The notes under the pieces were generated by a model. It was not told the DNA's origin, made no database searches, and saw nothing but the letters and a program-made list of their open reading frames with translations. 24,000 nt of DNA from assembly GCA_046709645.1 (NCBI GenBank), contig JBKEFT010000003.1:3567-27566 (forward strand). Reading direction: 5' to 3'. Both the position numbers and the translations under genes were made by a program. Of this stretch, positions 15,449 through 23,557 are shown one piece after another. Within the stretch, counting starts at the first letter, position 1. Each line of letters begins with the position of its first letter. This stretch comes from Arenicella sp. GTDB taxonomy: Bacteria > Pseudomonadota > Gammaproteobacteria > Arenicellales > Arenicellaceae.

Positions 15449-16435
15449 TTTCCTTCATAACCATAAAGAGTTCAGTTCACTGCTTCGGATTGTCGCTGAT
15501 GAGCAGAGGATTGATCCTTATCTTATAGAAAAGGACTACTGGAGGACTACTGGGGCATGCACTCTCTTTATGGCTTGCAAGAAATGGGGTTTAGCTTTGA
15601 ATTGAAAGGCGGTACTTCCTTGTCCAAGGGGTTTGAAATCATCAATCGATTTTCTGAAGATATTGATATTCGTATCGAGCCGCCCTCTGAGCTCGGCGTA
15701 AACCCCAACCCCAAATCGACTAAACAGAATCAAATTTTTGGCCGTAAGGCTTTCTACGATTGGCTAGCCCGCAACATTCACATTGATGGATTAGTCAGTG
15801 TTGGGCGTGATCATGCATTTGATGATGAGCGTTACTATCGTAGTGGAGGGATTCGTCTACATTATCCTATTCAAACCGACAGTCTCGCCGACATCAAAGC
15901 GGTTGTTCTCTTGGAAGTCGGGTTTGATGACGTAACACCAAACATTCCAAAAAAAATCTCTTCCTGGGCATATGATTTTGCAAATGACAAAGTAGAAATT
16001 GTCGATAATCGTGCTCTAAATGTTGACCGCTATCACCCAGGCTACACCTTTGTAGAGAAGCTCCAGACAATTTCAACAAAGTTTCGCAAACAGCAAGAAG
16101 ATGGATCATTCCCTGTTAATTTCATGCGGCACTATTATGATGTCTACTGCTTACTTGAGGTTCCAGAAGTCAAGGCATTCATCGGCACTGATAAATACCA
16201 TGCACACAAGGAAAAAAGATTTCCTATTGCTGACAATCAGATACTCAAGGAGAATGAAGCCTTTGTTCTGAATGATTCTGCTACATACGACTTGCTAAAG
16301 AGTGCATATAGAAGATCAGAGAGTCTTTACTACCGGGAACAACCCGATTTTGATGAGCTGCATGCTTGTTCTGAGAAGTGCGGTCATGAGAGCGGGAATA
16401 TAGTGAAACGTGAGCGGTGCGCAATTACTATTTAG
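15438..16435 (+). pseudogene. AbiEii/AbiGii-family nucleotidyltransferase toxin, frameshifted by an 11-bp tandem duplication
   Basis: From the ATG at 15438 the frame reads MSLDFLHNHKEFSSLLRIVADEQRIDPYLIEKDYW and then shifts. The 15557..16435 ORF carries the hallmark FELKGGTSLSKGFEIINRFSEDIDIRIEP. Deleting one copy of AGGACTACTGG restores ...IEKDYWGMHSLYGLQEMGFSFELKGGTS... as a single 328-codon frame (987 nt). Confidence 0.85.
15532..15553. repeat. Perfect 11-bp tandem duplication AGGACTACTGG x2 inside abiEii
   Basis: 15532-15542 and 15543-15553 are identical when read directly from the sequence. Confidence 0.95.
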
Positions 16436-16659
16436 GGTTTGCTGAGAGGCGTCATTTGAAATTTAGGTTTAAACATCTAGAAATGATTCAAAACGGTATT
16501 GCTAAAATTATGGAGTAGAAAGTAAGTAGGCGAGTAGCGCCGAGAACTTACTTTCGGTAGCTACCAATAAGCAAGCAAGGGGGTAACGCAACAGCCCTAA
16601 GCCAAAATAAATTCTGCTGCAGCGCAGCGCCTAGTATTTATTTTGAGCTTACCGAAGGC

Positions 16660-16962
16660 TTGGGGCTTGTAGTGAACGGGCTGCAAGGCCACTCATGTGG
16701 CTCATCGTTTGATGACCTACTTGAAGAAACGGGTGATTCTGCCGAGGTAAGCGCGGTGGCGATTAAGCGTGTTGTCGCTTGGCAGGTTTTACAAAAAATG
16801 GAAAAAGAAAACATCTCAAAAACGCACATGGCTAAGCTTATGGATACAAGTCGTTCAGCGCTTGATCGGCTACTTGACCCGACCAATACGTCGGTGACTT
16901 TGCACACGTTAGACAGCGCCGCGAAGGCTATCGGTAAGACGTTACACGTACAACTCGTTTAA
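16660..16962 (+). CDS. XRE-family HTH antitoxin (HigA-like), apparently orphan
   Basis: GSSFDDLLEETGDSAEVSAVAIKRVVAWQVLQKMEKENISKTHMAKLMDTSRSALDRLLDPTNTSVTLHTLDSAAKAIGKTLHVQLV matches a widespread antitoxin family normally encoded just downstream of a RelE/HigB-type toxin. The real start is probably the GTG at 16672 or the TTG at 16660; there is no ATG. Confidence 0.7.
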   Translation: MGLVVNGLQGHSCGSSFDDLLEETGDSAEVSAVAIKRVVAWQVLQKMEKENISKTHMAKLMDTSRSALDRLLDPTNTSVTLHTLDSAAKAIGKTLHVQLV

Positions 16963-17493
16963 GGTTTTCTCTAACTGAGATAGCGCGCCCCGCTAGCATG
17001 TAGGCGCGTTTAGCCTTAATTATAGGATGACCGAAGGATGACGAGGAATTCATCGCCAATCTTTTGAATCTCGAAATTTCTGTGCTAGGGTAATTGCAAC
17101 ATCGATGTATACCCCTGAGAGCATCGTCCACTGGGGACTTGTAGCGAGCTTCGTAAATGCTTGCGCACCAACTACGCTTTTAGCTAGTACGCGTTCCACA
17201 AGCGATTTGTCCATCCGGTATCAAACCTTTCGGTAACGATACATTTACTCAACGGGCTTTTTGTCATAAAGCTCACCCAGAGCCAGGCGCTTTGCGCGTG
17301 CCTGATTCATTTCACTTTCCTTTAGGAGGTTCTTATGACTAACCATCATTTTGGTTTTACGTAGTACGTTGTGGCTATTTCATAACGAGCCAATTGGCAA
17401 GTCGTGTAACGAGCGACTTTAATTTCCCGCTTTATCCCCGGGTCAGCTTGCTGAATCCGCTGAGGGATTAACACTAACCTACGGAGTATCGTT

Positions 17494-18378
17494 ATGGATA
17501 AATTAACTTATGAATTATTAGGCCTTTGCAAGCATAACCACGATGGCTCTCGTGGCACCCAAGCGCAAAGAAAAAAGCAACTAAAACTGTTTGCCGAACA
17601 ACTCAAAGAGCTGGGCTACAGACATATGGGTGCTAAATCGCTTGGGACTAGGCATGTTAAAGCGCTCGTAGATTATTGGCTTACCAAGCCATCAAAGTCG
17701 ACCAATAAATTGATATCCCCTAGCACCATTAAGAACAGAATGGCAACCCTGAGATGGTGGGCGCGCAAGATCAATAAATCGGGAGTAACTCCAAAAGATA
17801 ATAGAGCGCTCGGCATACCAAACCGGCAACGGCTGCCGAGCTACAACAAAGCATTTAAATTGACCGATCATCAAATTAGTAAGTTGCCTGACCATCTAAA
17901 GATTAGCCTTCGCTTACAGCAAGAATTTGGATTGAGGCGAGAGGAGGCCGCCAAATTTATTCCAGCTATGGCGATCAAAGAAGACCGCGTTGAACTTAAG
18001 AGGTCTTGGACTAAAGGAGGCCGCGCTCGATCAATGCCTATTACCACTGCTGGTCAACGAGAATTGCTTAAAGAGATTGGAGCGCTAAATCAAAATGCAT
18101 TGCTGATTCCCGCAAAGATAAATTACAGACACTATCTCTCACATAGAGATCATCACTTGGGTATTGCTGGAATTCGGCAGGCACATGGGTTGCGCTATTA
18201 CTATGCACAGCAGCGCTACATTGTATTAAGTAACGGTCTTATGCCGCCAATGTTATGTGACGGTGAAAAACCAACACTGACTCAAGCAGAGCAAGAACTG
18301 GATTTGAAAGCGAGGCTAATCGTTTCTCAAGTATTAGGCCATGACAGAATTAGTGTCACGTGCAACTATTTGGGTTAG
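17494..18378 (+). CDS. Tyrosine recombinase / integrase domain protein (Integrase_1-like family)
   Basis: Catalytic signature residues are present in family order: FGLRREEAAKF (Arg I), WTKGGRARSMPI (Lys), AHGLRYYYAQQRY (His-x-x-Arg) and LGHDRISVTCNYLG (His ... Tyr nucleophile). A GGAG lies 8 nt upstream of the ATG. Confidence 0.85.
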   Translation: MDKLTYELLGLCKHNHDGSRGTQAQRKKQLKLFAEQLKELGYRHMGAKSLGTRHVKALVDYWLTKPSKSTNKLISPSTIKNRMATLRWWARKINKSGVTPKDNRALGIPNRQRLPSYNKAFKLTDHQISKLPDHLKISLRLQQEFGLRREEAAKFIPAMAIKEDRVELKRSWTKGGRARSMPITTAGQRELLKEIGALNQNALLIPAKINYRHYLSHRDHHLGIAGIRQAHGLRYYYAQQRYIVLSNGLMPPMLCDGEKPTLTQAEQELDLKARLIVSQVLGHDRISVTCNYLG

Positions 18379-18402
18379 CGAAAACAAGCCGATTTCTCGT
18401 TC

Positions 18403-18503
18403 GACCTTACCCACAGAATTTCACTCCCTAACGGAGAACGGATCTTTGGGGTGATCCTTTTTTGATGGCTTCGCCATAGTCACGAAATCATGTGGGTAAG
18501 GTC
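18403..18503. repeat. Inverted repeat (13 bp perfect, 18/20 extended) bracketing a 61-bp segment
   Basis: GACCTTACCCACAGAATTTC (18403-18422) pairs with GAAATCATGTGGGTAAGGTC (18484-18503). Confidence 0.8.
18440..18463 (+). terminator. Rho-independent terminator-like hairpin after the recombinase gene
   Basis: GGATC-tttggggt-GATCC is followed by TTTTTT. The stem is short (5 bp), so this is a weak call. Confidence 0.4.
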
Positions 18504-18572
18504 TACCGCTCGCATGTGGAAAAAGTCATGGATAACTCCTGCGGAGTTAACACACAACTTTTACGCACAATC

Positions 18573-19026
18573 GATACAAAGACTAAAACGTTAAGCTGCC
18601 AGCCTTGGTAGATACCTTTATGGATTACCTAGGTATGGCAATTTCCTTCACACTTTCGTACCAACCTGCAGTCGTGAGTTTAATACTAATGTCTTTGTCT
18701 GAGTCATTCTCGAAATACCAGCCGTGGTCACCGGCGAAGGCTGCAGTCAAACTGCCACTTTCTTGACTATCTTGATGCTTTTTGTAGTAAACCAAGGTTC
18801 CTAGGCTACCGTCGTCCGGTTTTTCCGTATGCCCATGAAACTCTGTTAGGGAAAGTCCTTCAGCATCTCCTTGCACTTGCCATTGATAAACCACTGTATC
18901 GTGCTTTTGCATGGCAAATTTAAGCTCCATGGTGTTACCAGAAGCGAGTACGAACTCAAGTTCGGTAGACTTGTATCTTTCGGACTGATCTTGGTATGTA
19001 AAAGGCTCTGGTTCAACCTCCATTCA
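18573..19026. repeat. Direct repeat copy 1 (about 96 percent identical to 23558-24000)
   Basis: In a hand alignment of 18625-19004 with 23620-24000 I count 14 substitutions. Similarity begins at TACAAAGA(C/T)TAAAACGTTA. Confidence 0.9.
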
Positions 19027-19116
19027 TGTGAGTGAGGCATTGTCGGTAGTTCCCGTAGGTAGTTGGCTGCATGCCGATAGTACGGAAGCAGTAGCTATTA
19101 GTTTTATTAATTTCAT
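18625..19116 (-). pseudogene. Small lipoprotein of unknown function, interrupted by an in-frame TGA after the signal peptide (copy 1)
   Basis: From the ATG at 19116 the frame reads MKLIKLIATASVLSACSQLPTGTTDNASLT, with an LSAC lipobox. It is followed by the TGA at 19024-19026 and, in the same frame, the 18625..19023 ORF (MEVEPEPFTYQDQ...). A GAGGG lies upstream of 19116. Confidence 0.6.
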
Positions 19117-19315
19117 CGTCACACCCTCTGTTTTTTTTGAGTCATATAGAAATGGAGTGATACTTGTCTGGGTCGAAAAAAGTTCTTTTCCGTCTAGCCA
19201 TAATAAGCACCTCTACTAAAGGGCGAGTCGTGGCTAGGTAACAAAGGGGGTGGTTTAGTTCATCGCTCTCCAAGCTTAGAGAATCAACAAAAAAGATTAA
19301 TTTTGACCTTAGATT

Positions 19316-19552
19316 TTATCTAATCAGTAAATCAACCCACACTAAGCAATGATCCGATGAGGCTTTGCGTGTTTCTATAAGCGCGTCTTGAGGGTCATTT
19401 TTGTTGGTCGAAGAATTCAAATCACCGATAACCACAAACCTTGAATCTGCCTTAAAACCATCTCTAAACCCCTTGTCGTCAATCAAATAGGGTGTTTGGG
19501 CTTTTGGTAACACACAGTCGAATTCGATGAAAAAGTATATTGTGAATATGTG
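19316..19552 (-). pseudogene. Endonuclease/exonuclease/phosphatase (EEP) family C-terminal fragment
   Basis: The frame reads ...FVVIGDLNSSTNKNDPQDALIETRKASSDHCLVWVDLLIR*. It has the EEP GD(F/L)N and C-terminal SDH motifs. It spans only about 78 codons, is bounded by a stop, and has no N-terminal domain. Confidence 0.4.
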
Positions 19553-19793
19553 TTATATTATAACACTTTCATATATCATCACAGTAAGACCACGCTGAAC
19601 ATAGTCACCGAGTTACATTTTGCGACAGCTCAATATTAGTCTTTTAGTAGGTTCGTACTCGCACGCAGGTGTATTCGAACCGTGGCCATCTCTCTCGAAG
19701 TCTAAGGCTCGTAACCTATCGTTCATCGAAGCGCCTCAATCAAAATTTAAATCCTCTCAGCCAAACGGAGTGTTTGCAGTGACAACAAATAAT

Positions 19794-22256
19794 ATGAATT
19801 TTAAATCAAAATTGGTAATGACTATCGTCATGCTTTGCTCTTTACTGGCGAGTGGCGCAAGCGCGGCGGCTATTCAGCAAACTAAAGGTGATTTCGAAGA
19901 CAAATTTCGTCAACTGGATGAGGTATTGCCAACTCCGAATGACTATCGAAATGCGGCGGGTGAGCCTGGCAAGGAGTACTGGCAACAACAGGTAGACTAC
20001 AAAATCGACATCATCTTAGACGAAAAAAAACGTCGTTTGTCGGGTACCCAAACAGTCACCTACACCAACAATTCGCCATACAGACTTAAATACCTATGGG
20101 TGCAGCTTGAGCAAGATCGCTTTAAACCTGGGTCAATGGCTGAGCGCTCGGCTGAATTTGGAGGAGTTCCGAGACGCGCGCCACAAACAGTTTTACCCAC
20201 AGACGACGAACCCGCGCAAATCAGTATGGGACAGTTGCGACGCAGTCAATTTTACGACGATTTAGAAATTGGTTACAAATTGAGCAATATTGTCGACGCA
20301 AATGAGCAGCCACTGGAATATATTATAAACGGCGCTCAGATGAGAATTGATTTACCTCAGCCGCTCGAGAGCGGTGAGCGCTTTGAGTATAGGTTGGACT
20401 ATGCCTACAATGTTTTGGAAGAAAACGCAGTGAGCGCACGATCAGGCTATGAACATTTCCCTGACGATGCGCGCAAGGGCGGTAATGATATTTTTCTGCT
20501 CGCTCAGTGGTTCCCAAGGGTTGCGGCGTACTCTGACTACGAGGCTTGGCACAATAAGGAATTTCTAGGCAGCGGTGAATTTACGCTCGAATTTGGCGAT
20601 TACGACGTTAAGATGACGGTGCCTGCTGATCACATTGTGGCGTCTACAGGCACTCTTCAAAACTCTGAAGACGTACTTACACAGGCCCAACGAAACCGTC
20701 TTAAAGACGCCGAAACAGCCAAGCAGCCATTGTTTGTCGTGACCGCTGAAGAAGCACTTGCCAACGAGGAGCAGGGCACAAACAATACTAAGACATGGCA
20801 CTTCAAGGCTGAAAACGTACGCGATTTTGCCTGGGCCTCTTCACGAAAGTTTATGTGGGACGCTAAGGGCTACCAGCAGGGTGGTGAAATCCAGCCCCTT
20901 GTTATGGCAATGTCTTACTATCCGAAGGAAGGCGGGGATCTCTGGAAAAAGTATTCTACCGCGTCGGTCGTTCATACAATGGACGTATATTCGCAGTACA
21001 CGTTCGATTATCCGTATCCGGTAGCAATCAGTGTTAATGGACCGGTGGGCGGCATGGAATATCCCATGATTACCTTTAATGGCCCGAGAACTACGTTACA
21101 AAAAGACGGCAGCCGGACCTACACTCAGGCCGAGAAACGATTTCTTATCGGCGTCGTAATTCATGAAATCGGGCACATTTATTTTCCCATGATTGTTAAC
21201 TCCGACGAACGCCAATGGACATGGATGGACGAAGGTTTAAACAGTTTTCTTGACGGTGTTGCTGGTCGAGAATGGGATCCGGATATACCTTGGGGCGTTG
21301 AGCCGCGGGACATCGTTTCATACATGAAGTCAGACGTACAAGTACCCATCATGACGCAGTCCGACAGCGTCTTAAAACTCGGCCCAAATGCGTACACAAA
21401 ACCGGCTGCGGCATTGAATATTCTGCGTGAAGTCATACTTGGGCGCGATTTATTCGACTTTGCGTTTAAAGAGTACTCACTTCGCTGGCAGGATAAACGC
21501 CCCACACCATCCGATTTCTTTCGAACAATGGAAGAGGCCTCTGGTGTTGATTTGGACTGGTTTTGGCGCGGATGGTTTTACACCACTGACCATGTGGACA
21601 TCTCCATTGACCGAGTTTCTAAATTAAGACTCGATACGCTTAATCCTGACATTGATTTAAAACGTCGACGTCAGGAGAAGGCGGACGAGCCCGGATCGTT
21701 ATTCGTTGAACGAAATCAGCAAGAAGGCCAAAAATTATGGATAGATCTAAACAAAGACACGAGTGATTTTTACGACAAGCACGACCGGTTTACCGTAACT
21801 AATGCTGATCGTAATGAATACAATCAAATGCTTGAAGATCTCGACCCTCGTGAGCGAGAAGCCTTGGAGCGAGCGGTGAAGGAAGACCTAAATTACTACC
21901 TAATCAACTTCTCCAATTTGGGTGGTCTGGTGATGCCAATTCTGTTGGACCTGACCTATATTAATGGGAAGCATGAACAACTAGTTTTACCCGCTGAAAT
22001 TTGGCGCAAGTCTCCCAAAAAAGTCAGCAAGCTTCTCATTACTGACAAAGGTAAGGAGCTAAAGTCAGTCGTCGTAGACGCTGGGTGGGAAACCGCTGAT
22101 GTTGATGTGCATAATAATCATTACCCGCGACAGATCATTTCGTCACGCATTGAGGCCTTTAAGAAAGAAGACCCCAAAGGTCGTGTTCACAAAGATATTA
22201 TGCATGACTATAAAACCAAGATAGAAGCTCCTAAAAAGAAGGAACATAGAAAATAG
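19794..22256 (+). CDS. Secreted M1-family zinc metallopeptidase (gluzincin)
   Basis: I prefer the ATG at 19794, because MNFKSKLVMTIVMLCSLLASGASAAA is a classic signal peptide. The zinc site is HEIGH-x18-E (HEIGHIYFPMIVNSDERQWTWMDEG). GGMEYPMITF stands in the position of the M1 GxMEN exopeptidase motif. Confidence 0.9.
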   Translation: MNFKSKLVMTIVMLCSLLASGASAAAIQQTKGDFEDKFRQLDEVLPTPNDYRNAAGEPGKEYWQQQVDYKIDIILDEKKRRLSGTQTVTYTNNSPYRLKYLWVQLEQDRFKPGSMAERSAEFGGVPRRAPQTVLPTDDEPAQISMGQLRRSQFYDDLEIGYKLSNIVDANEQPLEYIINGAQMRIDLPQPLESGERFEYRLDYAYNVLEENAVSARSGYEHFPDDARKGGNDIFLLAQWFPRVAAYSDYEAWHNKEFLGSGEFTLEFGDYDVKMTVPADHIVASTGTLQNSEDVLTQAQRNRLKDAETAKQPLFVVTAEEALANEEQGTNNTKTWHFKAENVRDFAWASSRKFMWDAKGYQQGGEIQPLVMAMSYYPKEGGDLWKKYSTASVVHTMDVYSQYTFDYPYPVAISVNGPVGGMEYPMITFNGPRTTLQKDGSRTYTQAEKRFLIGVVIHEIGHIYFPMIVNSDERQWTWMDEGLNSFLDGVAGREWDPDIPWGVEPRDIVSYMKSDVQVPIMTQSDSVLKLGPNAYTKPAAALNILREVILGRDLFDFAFKEYSLRWQDKRPTPSDFFRTMEEASGVDLDWFWRGWFYTTDHVDISIDRVSKLRLDTLNPDIDLKRRRQEKADEPGSLFVERNQQEGQKLWIDLNKDTSDFYDKHDRFTVTNADRNEYNQMLEDLDPREREALERAVKEDLNYYLINFSNLGGLVMPILLDLTYINGKHEQLVLPAEIWRKSPKKVSKLLITDKGKELKSVVVDAGWETADVDVHNNHYPRQIISSRIEAFKKEDPKGRVHKDIMHDYKTKIEAPKKKEHRK

Positions 22257-22453
22257 TTCTAACCAAGAAGAGGACATCTCGGCGGCGGCACTGCACCTGA
22301 TTCGTCGAGATTGCTGCGCTTCTCATCCACCAACTTAATACGGTACTCGTTATACTGGATCTTTCACGGGTCAATAAATGTCTGCCGGCCAGTCAATTGG
22401 TATGAGTGGAGAATTGTGCAATAACTAACATAGTTTACAATTTACTGATTATT

Positions 22454-22990
22454 ATGCAAAACAAACGTCTTTTTTTTCGGGTGGCAAACTGCTTGCTGTT
22501 CCTGGCCGCATTCGTTTCGGTATCGAGTAGCATTGCTCATCAGCAAAAGGAAGCATACATAACCTTATTGTTTAATAAAAATACCGGCATGCTGGAAGTA
22601 GCACACCGATTCTTATTACATGACGCCGAGCACATTTTTTCGCAAGGCTACGGTTTAGAAAAACTCGAAACATGGGGTGATCTCCTGACCGATAAACGTT
22701 CGCAAGCGGCATTTTCCGCATACGTCGAAACGCACTTTGAAATCGCATCAAGCAATAAGGAAAGCCTGCCATTAAGTTCCGTTGGCCACGAGGTACAGGG
22801 TAAATATTTATGGGTATATCAGGAAATGTCCATTCCAAAGACCGATGAAATCTATGTAAAGCATTCGGCCTTACAGGAACTTTGGGATGAACAAGTTAAC
22901 CACATAAATATAGAGCGAGATGGGAAAGTTCGCTCCATGCGCTTGCAAAAAACTGACGCAAATCGGTGGCGTCTAATCAAGCTTGGTTAA
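22454..22990 (+). CDS. DUF6702-like secreted protein
   Basis: I prefer the ATG at 22454 (MQNKRLFFRVANCLLFLAAFVSVSSSIA, a signal peptide). The mature N-terminus HQQKEAYITLLFNKNTGMLEVAHRFLLHDAEHIF follows the DUF6702 pattern (H.......i.yN..t..lEi..r.f.dD.E). The later WDEQVNHINIE resembles F.eQ.NiI. This family commonly neighbours GGMEYP-type M1 peptidases. Confidence 0.55.
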   Translation: MQNKRLFFRVANCLLFLAAFVSVSSSIAHQQKEAYITLLFNKNTGMLEVAHRFLLHDAEHIFSQGYGLEKLETWGDLLTDKRSQAAFSAYVETHFEIASSNKESLPLSSVGHEVQGKYLWVYQEMSIPKTDEIYVKHSALQELWDEQVNHINIERDGKVRSMRLQKTDANRWRLIKLG

Positions 22991-23130
22991 TCTTTGATTT
23001 TTCCGGCACCTTTTTATTTTTGTACGAGTAAGGTTCAGCCCTCTATATCGCTGTAACGGTGAGTAGTGAATAACATCGGAACATCATTACTCATAAGTCT
23101 AGAATAACTAAAACCATGCACTAAGCAATT

Positions 23131-23307
23131 ATGACTGAAGAAAACAAATCACAACCCTCCCAACTACTCGACGAATCAACATCCTGTTGTAGTAACACAA
23201 GCTGTTGTGCACCTCAAAAAACCTTTAAACGAGTTGCATCTAAAGTGGGGAGAAACGACCCTTGCCCTTGTGGTAGTAATCGTAAATTTAAAAAATGTTG
23301 TGGGTAA
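23131..23307 (+). CDS. SEC-C motif (SecA C-terminal-like zinc-binding) mini-protein, 58 aa; not in the supplied ORF track
   Basis: My translation is [58 protein letters not shown]. The C-terminus is the canonical SEC-C motif ([18 protein letters not shown]). There is an extra CC-x4-CC cluster upstream. Confidence 0.65.
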   Translation: MTEENKSQPSQLLDESTSCCSNTSCCAPQKTFKRVASKVGRNDPCPCGSNRKFKKCCG

Positions 23308-23557
23308 TAAAAGGCACGCCAATAAGGGCAAGGGTTTTAATGCCTGATGAGATGGTATCGTTTTTTTACTATTCGCCTAGGAGCAAGCCATATGTCTGTG
23401 ATAAGCCACTTTGTCTGGCACTGAGCGCTTTTGTGGTATGCGTATGCATCAATGCATTGTTAAAATCCAGATGGATGCCCCCTGTGTATTTGAAAAACTA
23501 TCTAGAAGCAAAATATCTATAAACAGAGAGCCTTAGTCTATGTTTAACCATAGTAAG

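Noticed and set aside
17335-17364. A 9-codon ORF (MTNHHFGFT*) with a perfect AGGAGG 3 nt upstream, as a leader peptide for the recombinase gene.
   Set aside because: It lies 130 nt from the recombinase start, and I could see no attenuator-like alternative pairing. The AGGAGG is also the complement of the region just upstream of a minus-strand mini-ORF. It is probably fortuitous.
19024-19026. The in-frame TGA in the lipoprotein gene as a selenocysteine codon.
   Set aside because: I could not find a convincing SECIS-like hairpin in the roughly 40 nt following the UGA. The position, in the linker just after a lipobox, is not a plausible redox-active site. A nonsense mutation or reinitiation is more likely.
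19620-19793. N-terminal extension of the peptidase ORF (track start 19620).
   Set aside because: The extension has no start-site support. The Met at 19794 begins a textbook signal peptide (MNFKSKLVMTIVMLCSLLASGASAAA).
23295-23522. 75-aa ORF ([14 protein letters not shown]...).
   Set aside because: Its start overlaps the end of the SEC-C gene in another frame. It has no RBS and no recognisable motif, and its composition is hydrophobic and Cys-rich in a way typical of random AT-rich frames.
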